From Somniosus microcephalus (taxonomy: Eukaryota): a DNA stretch of 64,000 bases. The notes beneath the pieces were generated by a model. It saw only the letters and a list, made by a program, of their open reading frames with translations. It ran no database searches and was not told the origin of the DNA. Every line of letters starts with the position of its first letter. Position 1 is the first letter of the stretch. The DNA is taken from assembly GCA_052327205.1 (NCBI GenBank), contig CM126222.1, positions 62,620,001 to 62,684,000 on the forward strand, read 5' to 3'. Position numbers and translations under genes: made by a program. Of the stretch, positions 11,890 through 24,950 are shown in pieces.

Positions 11890-12750
11890 TCAATGACCTG
11901 GATTCATACACTCAAAGCAGTCAAATTTACAGATGAGACAAACTAGATGGGCCAGTGGAAGTGGAGGAGCCAACTCAAAAATTACAAAATGAATTGAACA
12001 AAAGGTGCAAGTGGGCAAAACAATGGGAAATAATTTAATGCAGACAAGTATAAAATGATACACATAGGAAGAAAAAAAGACAACATGGATATTCCATGAA
12101 TGGTGTTGAAATGCTACGGATGAAGTTGAAAGACACCTAGGAGTCTTAGCAGACTCAACATTAAATATGCCCCATCAATTTGCAGCAGCAATCAACAACA
12201 TTGAACTACATAGCCAGAATAGTAGAATACAAGTCAGAGGAGGTAATGATGAACCATATAGTGCTCTGGTCAGACCGCACCTTGAATGCTACATCCGGTT
12301 CTGGTTCCCAAGAAACAAGAGCGAGATCAAAGGGCTGGAGGCAGCGCAGAGAAGAGCCACAAGGCTGATGACCAGTATTTGCTGTCTGATTGTGAGGCAA
12401 GCCTTGTGCTTTCAGCTTGGAAAAGAGGTGATCTTAGATTGTTAAGGGTATAGAGGAAGTAAACCTGGAATATTACTTTAAATTAAACTGTGGGAGTACA
12501 ACTTAGGAAACAGGTTCAAACTAGTAAAAAATTTATTTTGGTACTGGCATCAGGAAATTCTTCTTCACACAAAGAATGATCAACATGTTGAATAAACTTC
12601 TAGCGTAATGGAGACAAAAACCTTGGAATAATTGAAGAAACAACTGGATGCTACACCATGGAAGTCCATTAGGATCTCTCTAGAAAGATGAATTAAGATG
12701 GGCTAAGTGGCTTTCTTCATTTGTAATTATCCTGTGATCATGTACTTCCT
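11890..12750 (+). mobile_element. Old CR1 LINE 3' fragment
   Basis: YSALVRPHLECYIRFWFP..QRRATRL; aattcttcttcacacaaaga. Confidence 0.7.
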
Positions 12751-14599
12751 GCCACCTATAAGCTTCTTTCAGGAAATTTGTGCAGTCCAAATCCTGTTCT
12801 TAGTGGCATAGCTCCACTGTATACAATTTGGCATAAATAAGCAAACCTTTGCAAAGAGGCCGGTGTCTGAAAAGGAAAAAAAAACTTACTCTGGTGAAGT
12901 GAGGTTGCTCTCCTGAGGTCGAGGTTAGGCTGCAACATGGAGAGCTTTACTCTGCACCTGCCACATGTGATACCTGGCCCAGAAGTGCCTAATAAAGGCC
13001 CCAGGTGCTTAAAGTTAAAAGTTATTCCATTCTCTGCCACAAGGCCACCTTGATGAGCAGCAATATTCACCAAAAATAAAAGTATTTGAGGTATGGATTC
13101 TTTCTAATCAGGGTGCCTGCTATTGTTCTTAAAGCCAATTCCTAAACTTCTCTCAGCCTTTTGTTTCTCAGATAAATGTTTTATTTAAACAAAAATAAGT
13201 ATGTAAGCATAAAGCGTTTGAGAAAGTAAGTGCAGGACATCTCCAAAGTATAAACGAAACTAGGAGATAAATCAGCAAGTAGTGATTAGACAATGACAAA
13301 GTTGGGGATTAAAAATCTATTGCAGAAGCATGGAAAAACTGAGGAAGATGAAGAGTTCTGCAGTTCTGATGTCCTGGAAAAGAATGAGGCAAAGTAGGAG
13401 ACTGTGCAATAAAACTTGATTTCAACACAATGAAAATACAGGGAAGAGGATGTATTTGGAACAGAGGGAAGAAAAGGTCAGGGAAGCAATAACCACAGCA
13501 ATATCAAAAAAATAAAGACAGGAAAGGCTATAATGGAGAGGGGTTTGAGGTGAGAAGAGCATGAGGGGCCACCTACCAGGCAACAAGCCATTTCTTGTAT
13601 CCTGCCCAGGTGTCGAAGAGATGTTTTGGAAAAGCCTTCCCACATATGGGAGCATTATTATTAAACACTTGGATAGATTTGGGCATTAGAGAGTTAAGAT
13701 TTGTCGAGGGAACAAAAGATTGTATGTTCAGCATGCCCATCTCTCCTGTTCCGACTCTATGACTTTACTCAATAAAAATCACATCAGTAATGATCAGGGC
13801 TCACAGGAGGAAGAAAAAAGCCTGGCTGGATGGAATTGGTCAATCAGTAAGTCATACTACTCATGCAAGTTTAAAAATGCATGTGATGAATGCTTAAAGA
13901 ACTCACATGTTTGGACTACCTTATTCTCATCAGGGCCCCATTTTTTCCAAGCATCAAATCAGTACAAGCACAAAAAGGAGCCTTCTAAAAATGGAGTTCC
14001 CATTCAATCAATAATGATCAGATTCAATGTTTCAGTAAGTGTTGTAATTATCCATACAATTTTACATTTCAATTCTGTGTTGTATATAGACAGGATTTAT
14101 GTCTTCGCCACATCTACAGTACTGATAGATTAGATTACAGACATCTGTGGTTTCACATTACTGTGAGCACTACTTTTATTGCCTCAGAAATAGCCCAGCA
14201 AATTCCAGCAGCAGTCAAGTAACAGTTGTACTTCACTATAAATAACAGGTCTTTTCAAAACTATGGAATGAAATTTATTCTTTCAACATTGTTGCTTTTC
14301 TCAATTCCTGCAGGTAATATCAACACTAGATAAAAGAATTCTGCACGTGAACTACTGAATGGTCCACACCACATGCGGCTTTCTGCAACGATCCTAAATC
14401 CTGGGCCAACAATGTTGCAAAATAAAGAGTGTCAATATGGGTTATCATTTCTGAGTTTTATATCAAGTTAAATGACTCAAAATTCAACAGCATTGGAAGC
14501 TTGTGCTAAAGGTTACACTTGTGAAAATTTTGGGGTTTATCTTTTCAGACGTGGAGCAAGAACTTTGACATAATTGTAATTCTTCAAGGAGCCCTCGCA

Positions 14600-15200
14600 A
14601 AACCAATGTCAATGGGGGTCAAAGGAAAAGCCCTCCAGTAGTTGTTGTCATAGCCGACACAAAGGATGATGGCTGTGGTTGTTGGAGGCCAATCATCGCA
14701 GCTACACTGCGACAGCTCCTCAGCCTAATCATCTTCAGCTACTTCATCAATGATCTTCCCTCAGTCACAAGGTCAGGATTAAGGCTGTTTGCTAATGATT
14801 CCAGAGTGTTCAGTTCCATTCACAACTCTCTCGATAATGAAGTAATCCAGCAGGACCTAGATAACATCCAGGTTTGGGCTGACAAATTGCGGGTAATGTT
14901 CAGGCCGCATAATGTACAAGGTAATGAGCATCTTGAACAAGAGAAAGCCCAGGCATCTCCTGCTAACATTCAAGGGGACCACCATTGCGGAGTGCCCCAT
15001 CATCAATATTGTGGGAGTCACCACTGGCCAAAGGCTTAACTGGATCAGCTAGTTCAACACCATGGCTATAAAAACAGGACAGAGGCTGGGTACTCCGAGT
15101 GGCTCATCTGAGCCCTCAAAGTCTCTCTATCATCTACAAGACAAATATTGACCTGGATGCAGGTGCAACCACAAGAACTCAAGAAGCTCGACTTGTGACC
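14600..15200 (+). mobile_element. Second non-LTR retrotransposon family (CR1/L2/Jockey group, clade uncertain), degraded RT fragment
   Basis: QQDLDNIQVWADK, LSPQSLSIIYK; homologous to 15245-16725 in the opposite orientation. Confidence 0.65.
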
Positions 15201-15244
15201 TGCTGTCTGTCTATTGCGGGCTCAAAGCTGCACTTAGCAGGTTT

Positions 15245-16725
15245 TTTCAATATTCGTTCCTGGGGTATGGGCGTCGCTGGCAAGGTCAGCAGCTATTGCC
15301 CATCACTAATTGCCTTTGAGAAGGTGGTGGTGAGCCGCCTGCTTGAACCGCTGCAGTCCGTGTGGTGAAGGTACTCCCATAGCGCTGTGAGGGAGGGAGT
15401 TCCAGGATCTTGACCCAGCGACGATGAAGGAATGGTGATATATTTCCAAGTCAGGATGGTGTGCAACTTGGAGGGGAACTTGCAGGTGATGGTGCTCCAA
15501 TGCACCTGCTACCCTTGCCCTTCTCGGTGCTAGAGGTTGCGGGTTTGGGAGGTGCTGCCAAAGAAGCCTTGGCGAATTGCTGCAGTGCATCTTGTAAATG
15601 GTGCACACTGCAGCCACGGTGTGCCGGAGGTGGAGGGAGTGAATGTTCAAGGTGGTTGATGGGGTGCCAATCAAGTGGGCTGCTTTGTCCTGGATGGTGT
15701 CGAGCTTCTCGAGTGTTGTTGGAGCTGCACTCATCCAAGCAAGTGGAGAGTATTCCATCACACTCCTAACTTGTGCCTTGTAGATGGTGGAGAGGCTTTG
15801 GGGAGTCAGGAGGAGAGACACAGGTTGCAGAATACACAGCCTCTGACCTGCTCTTGTAGCCAAAGTATTTTTATGTTAAGTTTCTGGTCAATGGTGACCC
15901 CCCCCAGGACGTTGATGGTGGGAGATTTGGCGATAGTAATGTCATTGAATGTCAAGGGCAGTGGGGTTAGACTCTTGCTTGTTGGAGATGGTCATTGCCT
16001 GCCACTTATGTGGTGTGAATGTTACTTGCCACTTATCAGCCCAAGCCTGAATGTCGTCCAGGTCTTGCTGCATGCAGGCAAGGACTGCTTCATTATCTGA
16101 GGAGTTGCAAATGGAACTGAACACTGTGCGATCTTCAGCGAACATCCCCACTTCTGACCTTATGATGGAGGGAAGGTCTTTGATGAAGCAGCTGAAGATG
16201 GTTGGGCCTAGGACACTGCCCTGAGGAACTCTGCAGCGATGTCCTGGGGCTGAGATGAATGACCTCCAACAACCACAACGATCTTCCTTTGTGGTAGGTA
16301 TGACTCCAGCCAGTGGAGAGTTTTCCCCGATTCCCATTAACTTCAATTTTACTAGGGCTTCTTGATGCCACAGTCGGTCAAATGCGGTTTTGATGTCGAG
16401 GGCAGTCACTCTCACCTCTGGAATTCAGCTCTTCTGCCCATGTTTGGACCAAGGCTGTAAAGAGGTCTGGACCCGAGTGGTCCTGGTGGAACCCAAACTG
16501 GGCAGGTTGTTGGCGAGCAAGTGCTGCTTGATAGCACTGTTGACTACACCTTCCATCACTTTGCTGATGATTAAGAGTAGACTGATGGGACATTAATTTG
16601 CCGGATAGGATTTGTCCTGCTTTTTGTGGACAGGACATACCTGGGCAGTTTTCCACATCATCAGGTAGATGCCAGTGTTGTAGCTGTACTGGAACAGCTT
16701 GCCTAGAGGCAAGGCTAGTTCTGTA
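15245..16725 (-). mobile_element. Second non-LTR retrotransposon family, RT to 3' end
   Basis: [63 protein letters not shown]; A-rich 3' end near 15245. Confidence 0.8.
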
Positions 16726-17325
16726 GTTTAATAGCCAACTAATTTCCTTAGGAAAGAGATGAGCAGATCAAGTCAGTCCTAGATGACTTGGCTGGCAATG
16801 AGAATCTAATCAATCCACTGTGGCAGACTCTGTAATATAATAACTATGACTGGCAGGTCCACAGTACTCCAGGGCACTGTTGATGATTGACGAGAAACCT
16901 GTCTCACAGATGGGGCCTGGAGGGACACACCAGTTAGTGTAGACTGAAATTATTCTCAACTGGTTCCAGATAACTCTAGAACACAGTCTTTTTGTGACCA
17001 CTTACCAAACACACAAGGTGGTAGTCCTAGCTGAATAGGCAGTGGGAAGTTTAGGAGTGCCCTCTCCTAGTAAGAATGACGTTTTTTCAGCTGGTTAAAA
17101 TCCAGTAATACTTCATACACACCAACTCTTGCCAACTTGCACCAAAATTTTCTGGGCTTAGCTATGATTAGGCTCCCATTTACCATTAATGTCATAAATC
17201 AGAAAAAAACAGCAAGAGTACTGTGACAGAAGCAAAATAAAGTCAACAGCAACCACTGCTCTTCCCCAAATTAGTACTTCAGTATTTTTGTGACCAGTTA
17301 CTGTTAATGAGCTCCCTTACTAATA

Positions 17326-17662
17326 CAGGAAACTTTGGTTTATCCGGAGGTTAACTGTCCGGAATGCTCGAGCCACTGGCAAAATTCAGGAGTCGGTTCA
17401 GTAAGTTTTTTTTCTTTTCGTTGCTTTTTTTTCCCCACTAGTCAGGCTCTGCAAGGTCTAGCTAAAGCTGTTGCTTAGCTACAGAGACGCTTGCAAGCTA
17501 CGGCCGACTGTTTAGAAGCTGTTGCTAAGCAACAGGGTTTGTTGCTAGATACGGAGCTCAAAAGCTTCCGTATGTTTTAACATTAGCGCTGGTTTGTCCG
17601 GCAGTTTTGATGGGACGGCAACAGCTCGGTCCCGTCGGTGCCGGATAGCACAAAGTTTCATG
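17326..17662 (-). mobile_element. Tc1/mariner/Tigger-like MITE (CAGGAAACTTT family), complete
   Basis: TA|CAGGAAACTTT...AAAGTTTCATG|TA; internal sequence is reverse-complementary to 18516-18740 and 53716-54024. Confidence 0.8.
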
Positions 17663-17675
17663 TAAAGGGAAAATA

Positions 17676-17707
<32 letters not shown>

Positions 17708-18116
17708 GATTTCACATGCAATAATGTTGAACATGCACACTGCATGCAAACTTTGTGAAAATATACATTTTTTAAAAACACTTTTACTATCACCACCATC
17801 GCACCCCACCCCGCAAATTCGAGTACTTTGGAGATAACCCTCCGTAACAACAAGCAGTCCTACAATAAGTACAACACATATATAGGGAGGAGCTGAAGAG
17901 CATACGCGGTTGTTTGGGGTGCGGCAGGGGGAGTAGCCCGTGTGTTAGGGTCCCAACTCCTCCCATCTTATTGGTAAAATCATCGTACAAAAGAAGTGGA
18001 GGTTTTATACCAGCATGAAGGCAAATTCATACACTGATAATTAAGGAAGACTGTCAGTGATTAACTAGGTCTATGAATTTGAGCCAAACAGCTCCAAAAT
18101 AAACAATCCTTCCAAC

Positions 18117-18263
18117 CTGGACAGGAAGACGAATTTTGGACGTTACACTATTTCCAGCTTCTGTTTCCTCTTGAATTTCAATTTCATCCCAGCTGGTGGC
18201 CGTAGATAAAATAGCTCCAGCTGAATGAGTGTGCAATGTTTGAGTGAAGCGGTAAACAAGAGC
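18117..18263 (-). CDS. COG1: COG1 exon 8
   Basis: tttaag|GCT acceptor and CAG|gttgga donor; ALVYRFTQTL...WDEIEIQEETEAGNSVTSKIRLPVQ; 147 nt, phase 0-0. Confidence 0.94.
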
Positions 18264-18515
18264 CTTAAAGAAGAAAATCAAAAATATTAAGTGGCAATAA
18301 AAGGAATGATAAACCAAGAAAGTAGAACGACTAGTCTTCACATCAATCCTAAAGTAAGTGAGTGTTTCTGTTTCCAGCCTCCAGTTACAACAATCCCAAT
18401 GCACCATGATCGAAGGAACTGGTGGAATTGTTCAATTGGAACAAAAACCTCTATTATATAGGGTTAACAGATGAAATTAAATCAGACAAAAGAAGCAATT
18501 ACCTGTCAAAGTGAC

Positions 18516-18740
18516 GAGTGCTCCGTATAAAGCAACAAACCCTGTTGCTTAGCAACAGCTTCAAAACAATGGCCACAAGTTGCAAGCGTCTCTGTAGCTT
18601 AGCAACAGCTGCAACCACACCCTTGCACAGCAACACATGGAGGAAGGCAAGTAATAAAAGTAACCTGAACCTACTCCTGAATTTTGCCGGTTAACCGAGA
18701 TTTCCGGTTATTTAGGTGCCGGTAAGTCGAAAGTTTCCTG
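18516..18740 (+). mobile_element. CAGGAAACTTT-family MITE, lacking its left end
   Basis: Near-identical to ~53800-54024; ends AAAGTTTCCTG|TA. Confidence 0.8.
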
Positions 18741-19374
18741 TATGTGTGTTATATATGCAATTCACTCTTCCAGCTCTCTGATATTTGAATAGCAACTCGC
18801 CATTCAATCTCCAGTCTCAGCTCCCACTATCTATTTTGCTGGGGTGTCTTTAATTTTAAAATCAGCATCAGGAGCCTGGGCTGAAGGAAAAATTATGATC
18901 TAAACATTACAGTCCCAGAGGAGTGGAACAACAACTGACAGTAATGTGCTCACCTCCTCTTGTGCAGCGATGTAGCAACTCTGCCTCCCAACTTTAATTC
19001 TGGTTCTTACAACCAATTTAAAATTGCCGATAGAGGGACATGAGATTAAAAATCAGCAGCACAAAACTGAACTGAAATCAGAAGGGAGCTGTCATTTAAA
19101 TATCATCGTGCTGGGGGAGCAGAGCAATAGCCGACTGGAATACACTCCGGGACAAACATACTTTCCACAAGGAAAAAAAAAATCAATCTCACGGTCCTGT
19201 AACTGCTCATCAAATGTTTGTGCACCAGTCTTTCTAACCTTTGGTTACCCCTTTGAGCAGAGGGATGAAATCCAAATTGACAGAACCCCTTTTTAAAAAC
19301 AATTCTATAGTATGTAAGCACTGTAAAATTCTCCCTTAATAAACAAACATCAGCAGATAAAAGTAGTCACTGAC

Positions 19375-20175
19375 CTTTGATATGCTAACAGTCCAAATCC
19401 TATAAGCACTCGTGCTCTGTTGCAACAGCTGATCCTTGACTTCCTGCCACTTAGCCTGTGCTGGTTTCACTTCGTGCAGCTTCCCCTTGCCCAGCTTCTT
19501 GACAGGACGGGGCTCACGTACAAACAGATCATTACTACTCGACTTGCCCAAAATGCACTGCTTTAGGTGAGGGCAGAGTTCTCCTATAGACTGGCATAAC
19601 CGAGCCATAAAAAGGACAGCGTTGAGATTGCAATCGTTAGGAGAGTACGTGCAGTTCCGTAATCTCCCTTCTGCCATTTTAAGCTCTGCTTTCACACAGT
19701 CCAGGATGTATTGTACGCAAGAAAGGCAATGTGTCCGTAGCATTTCTTCAACCTTAGCTGTATCAGCGTACCTATCAAACGCCGAGCTCTGTAGCTGTGA
19801 GGATGAGTGGTCATTTAAACTGTCCTCAACAGTAGAAGAATCTGGTGGAAGGTACATCACTAAATCATCCAATTTAACTTTTAACTTGGAATCAAGTGCC
19901 GAACAGAAACTTTGAACACAAAGTGTGAGAGCTTGGGCCTTCATAGAGAGTCCACTCTTTACAAACTGGCTCCGGTTGGCAATGCTGACCCAGGCAGTGT
20001 CTGGTAAAAGGTCATTACTGCTCTCTGACCAAAGAAATGCAGCCACATTGTATTCAAACTCAACGGGTTTGTTCGAAAGAACGCTGGGGTTCTTGGCCTG
20101 CAGTTCCTGGAGAGCTGAAACTAAGAGCTGTTTGGAACTGTTTGAGATGGATTCCAAACCTTCTTTTGTTAGTGC
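19375..20175 (-). CDS. COG1: COG1 exon 7 (large exon)
   Basis: ttacag|GCA acceptor and AAG|gtcagt donor; ALTKEGLESIS...LFMARLCQSIGELCPHLKQCILGK...WTVSISK; 801 nt, phase 0-0. Confidence 0.95.
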
Positions 20176-20389
20176 CTGTAAAGAAGAAGAGCTAGTAATA
20201 GTGCCCAATAGAACCAAGTTCCCCAATTATCACCTACAATATTCTTAATATTCATTAATTACATTTTAAATTTTGTTAACTAAAAGTGACAGCATTCTTT
20301 GATTTTGGTCTCAATGGCGACAACAATAGGCATTTTATAAAGTGCTTTTAACAAAGAAAAACTTCTCAGGTCTTTACAAAGATAAGAGC

Positions 20390-21495
20390 TCACGGAGTTG
20401 GGGGTAATATATTAGCATGGATAGAGAATTGGCTAACTAACAGAAAGCAGAGTCGGGATAAATGGGTCATTTTCTGGTTGGCAAACGGTAACTAGTGGGT
20501 GCCACAGGGATCGGTGCTGGGACCTCAACTATTTACAATCTACATTAATGACTTGGATGAAGGGACCGAGTGTAATGTAGCCAAGTTTGTGGATGATACA
20601 CAGATGGGTGGGAAAGCAAGTCGTGCAGAGAACTCAAAGACTCTGCAAAGGGATATAGACAGGCTAAGTGAGTGGGCAAACATTTAGCAGATGGAGTATA
20701 ATGTGGGAAAGTGCAAGGTTATCCACTTTGCCAGGAAAAATAAAAAAGCAAATTATTTTAATGGAGATTACAAAATGCTACAGTTCAGAGGGACCTGGGG
20801 GTCCTTGTGCATGAAACACAAAAAGTTAGCATGCAGGTACAGCAAGTAATCAAAAAGGCAAATGGAATGTTGGCCTTTATTGCAAGGGGGTTGGAGTATA
20901 AAAGCAGGGAAGTCCTGCTACAACTGTACAGGGTATTGGTGAGACCACACCTGGAGTACTGCGTACAGTTTTAGTCTCCTTATTTAAGGAAGGATATACA
21001 TTGGAGGCAGTTCAGAGATGATTCACTAGGTTAATTCCAGAGATGAGGGGGTTGACTTATGAAGAAAGGTTGAGCAGGTTGGGCCTATACTCATTGGAAT
21101 TTAGAAGAATGAGAGGTGATCTTATTGAAACATAAGATACTGAGGGGGCTTGACAAGGTAGATGCAGAGAGGCGGTTTCCCCTCATGGGGAAATCTAGAA
21201 CTCGGGGGCATAGTTTCAGAATAAAGGGTCGCCCTTTTAGAACTGAGATGAGGAAGAGTTTCTTCTCTGAGGGTCGTAAATCTGTGGAATTCCGTGCCCC
21301 AGAGAGCTGCGGAGGCTGGGTCATTAAATACATTTAAGGCGTAGACAGATTTTTGCAAGATAAGGGAGTGAAGGGTTATGGGGAGCAGGCAGGGAAGTGG
21401 CTTTGAGCCCTAGATCAGCCATGATCTTATTGAATGGCGGAGCAGGCTAGAGGGGCCAAGTGGCCTATTCCTGCTCCTATTTCTTATGTTCTTAA
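20390..21495 (+). mobile_element. CR1 LINE 3' portion inserted into an L2 fragment
   Basis: [26 protein letters not shown]; tail ctcctgctcctatttcttatgttctta. Confidence 0.9.
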
Positions 21496-22330
21496 AGCTT
21501 TAAGGATAAAATGAACACCAAGCCAAAGAAGGAGATGGTAGGAGCAGTGACCTAAAGCTTGGTCAAAGATATGGGTTTTAAAAATGGTCTTAAATGGAGA
21601 AGAGGGAGGTGAAGAGGCAGGGTGGATTATAGAGAGAATTCCAGATCATGGGGCTTGGATGTGGAAGACATAGCAGCTAATGGCAAGACAATGGGAGGTG
21701 GTGCCTAAAACGGCAGCATCTGAGGAACAGAGAGCTTGGGAGCAGAAGAGGGTGGAGGATATAAAAGGCATCAAAGGATATGGGGAGAGAGCAGGAATAT
21801 GGTATTGAGATAGAGGATCAGCCATGATCATACTGAATGGCGGAGCAGGCGCGAAGGGCCGAATGGGCTACTCCTGCTCCTATTTTTCTATGTTTCTATG
21901 AGAGTTACAACACTGGAGGAGGTTACAGAGATAGAGAGGAGCGAGGTCATGGATGGATTTAAACACAAGGATAAGAATTTTAAATTTTAGGCATTGAGAG
22001 GACTGGGAGTCAATGTAGGTCAGTGAGGACGGAGGTGATGGGGGGAGCAGGATAGGATATAGGCAGTGGAGTTATGGATGAGTGAGGTTTATGGAAGGTG
22101 AAGGATAGGAGGCCAGATTGGAAAACATTGGAATATTGAGTCTGGAAGTCACAGAGGATTGGATGAGCGTTTCCGCGGCAGAGGCAGTCAACGTTACGGA
22201 TGTGGAAGCAGGCGTTCTTAGTGATGAAAAGGGCACGGGTCAGAAGCTCAGCTCGATGTCAAATATGACTTCAAGGTTGTGGACAATCTAGCTCAGCCTA
22301 AGGAAGCGGCTGGGGTGGGGTAGGGAATGG
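21495..22330 (-). mobile_element. L2-type LINE fragment (continues 20315-20385), containing a short + CR1 tail at ~21755-21900
   Basis: Purine-rich L2-like antisense sequence similar to 58135-58640; CR1 tail near-identical to 29020-29120. Confidence 0.65.
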
Positions 22331-22778
22331 AGTCAGTGGCCAGGGCTGATGATGATGGCCCACGTTATAATTCTAAACAATTGGCAGGTTTGTTCTGCAA
22401 GTTCAGAACGTATGACGAGAATCTGATACTCTGTCTCCCTGTGTAATGTTATATTGCTGGAATTGTAAGAGGTAAATAAAATTAAATTCTTGGCTTGATT
22501 TTTCAAACATTTTAGCAATTATAAAATATAATGTTCCCGGCTTTAACCTTTGAAGCCCATCTTTCGCAGTTATTAAAGAGGCCACAGGGGGAGTGGATCA
22601 TTTCCTTTCGTAAATCCACAGATAAAGAACAGATTTACAATGTCACTATACGTAGCACATTAGTGATTTGAACAGTAAATAAGAGATACTGTAAAACGGA
22701 AAATTTCAAGGAATCACTAGCAATGGATTAACAACTAAGTTGTTTGCATTTGTTCGGCTAAGGCTTGATGTTATCTAC

Positions 22779-22989
22779 CTGTAATCTGTCGAGGAAGAGC
22801 TGCTGAAGGAAGTCCTCCCAGAAGGAGAAAGGTTTCTCCAGTAGTCGGCAGCACACAGTTTCCCAGTTCTGACTTATAGATTCACTGGTGAGGAGTTCCC
22901 ACACGGCATCTCGAATTCCAGCAAGACCCTTCAGACTTTTCACATAGATCAGCAGGTTCCCAATTCCCATCTTTATGTCATCCTTACAC
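22779..22989 (-). CDS. COG1: COG1 exon 6
   Basis: ttaaag|G acceptor and CAG|gtagat donor; CKDDIKMGIGNLLIYVKSLKGLAGIRDAVWELL...FWEDFLQQLFLDRLQ; 211 nt. Confidence 0.94.
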
Positions 22990-23554
22990 CTTTAATAAAA
23001 GTGAAAGTCTAGGTCAGTACTAAAAGATTAAATCACCGCATTTGAGAATCTATATATTAAAAATCTCACAATGGGCACACACTTTATTCTCACAAATTTT
23101 ACTTCCTGTTTACATGATTTTTGGCCATAAATTTCTGTCAACATCTAACATTTTAAATTGCTATACCCTGTACCAGTATTCCCCATTCTATTTTGCCATA
23201 TTGACTATCATGATGCAAATTCAGGCGCTGACTACTAGGTGGCTCTGTCGAGCAAAATTCTGAAATCTCTTCCAATTTGATTGTCATCTTGTATATAAAA
23301 ATTTTATGCTCATCGTATATAGTGTCAATGTCACGAAAATATACTGGTAATGAATGAAAAGTGATGGTCTTATCGAAGATAAGTGTTACAACAGATCCTA
23401 AAAACCAGCTAAGCATGTAATTTATTATTGGCATAAGGCTATGATAAAATGTATCTGTGAATAAAATTTCCAACTTAGTTTATTGCTGTGTACATTTCTC
23501 TGTTACAATAGCATTAGTTACAATCAGTTTCGCTCAGTGGCAGTACTCTATATT

Positions 23555-24950
23555 AGGACATAAGATGTAGGAGCAGGAGGCCATACGGCTCCTCGAGCCT
23601 GCCCCACCATTCAGTAAGATCATGGCTGATCTTTGACCTCAACTCCACTTTCCCACCCGACCCCCATATCCCTCGATTCCCTTAAAGTACAAAAATCTAT
23701 CGATCTCGGCCTTGAATACACAACGTCTAAGCATCCACAGCACCTTGGGGTAGAGAATTCCAACGATTCACAACCCTCCGAGTGAAGAAATTCCTCATCA
23801 GTCTCAAATGGCCGACCCATTATCCTAAAACTATGTCCCCTAGTTCGAGATTCTCCAGCCAGGTGAAACAGCCGCTCAGCATCTACCCTGTCAAGCACTC
23901 TCAGAATCTTGTATGTTTCAATGAGATCACCTCTCATTCTTCTAAACACCAGAGAGTATCGGCCCAATCTACTCAATCTCTCCTCATAGGACAACCCTCT
24001 CATCCCAGGAACCAATCTAATGAACCTTCGTTGTACCCCCTCGAAGCCAAGTATATTCTTCCTTACGTACAGAGGCCAAAACTGAACACACTACTCCAGG
24101 TGTGGTCTCACCAAAGTCATGTACAATAGCAGCAAGACTTCCTTACTCTGTACTCCAACCCCCTTGCAATAAAGGCCAACATATCATTTGCCTTCCTAAT
24201 TGCTTGCTGTACCTGCATGTTAACTTTCTGTGTTTCATGTACAAGGACACCCAAATCCCTCTAAATACCAACATTTAATAGTTTCTCACCATATAAAAAT
24301 ATTGTTTTTCTATTCTTCCTACCAGTGAATAACCTCACATTTCCCCACATTATACTCCATCTGTCACGTTCTTGCCCACTCACTTAACCTGTCTATAACC
24401 CTTAGCAGACTGCTTGTAACCTCCTTACAGCTTACTTTCCCACCTAGCTTTGTATCATCAGCAAACTTGGATACATTACACTCAGTCCCTTCATCTAAGT
24501 CATTAATATAAATTGTAACTAGCTGAGGCGCAAGCACTGGTCCTTGAGACACCCCACTGGTAACAGCCTGCCAACCTGAAAATTACCCGTTTATTCCTAC
24601 TGTTTTCTGTCCGTTAACCAATCCTCTATCCATACTAATATATTAACGCCCACCCACCACCCCCCAACCCCATGAGCCCTTACCTTGTGTAACAATCTTG
24701 TGTGGCACCTTAGCGAATGACTTTGAAAATCCAAATATACTACATCCACTGGTTCCCCTTTATCTACCTGCTAGTTACATCCTCAAAAAACTAGTAGATT
24801 TGTCAAACACTATTTCCCTTTCATAAAGCCATGTTGACTCTGCCTAATTATATTATGATTTTCTAAGTACCACTTCCTTTATAATGGATTCCAGCATTTT
24901 CCTGATGACTGATGTCAGGCGAACTGGCTTGTAGTCCCCCGTTTTCTCTC
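23555..24950 (-). mobile_element. CR1 LINE 3' portion, apparently splitting a degenerate tRNA-like SINE head
   Basis: [37 protein letters not shown]; flanks gctcagtggcagtactct and gggttcaagttcgactcc resemble A and B boxes. Confidence 0.88.

Noticed and set aside
13720-14133. 137-aa ORF and the other short intronic or intergenic ORFs in the track
   Set aside because: No recognisable domains or supporting splice chains; consistent with chance ORFs or antisense frames of exons and repeats.
17675-17700. Long poly(T) as a retrocopy tail
   Set aside because: No recognisable spliced cDNA or TSD adjacent; treated as a simple homopolymer, like the poly(C) at ~35414-35436.
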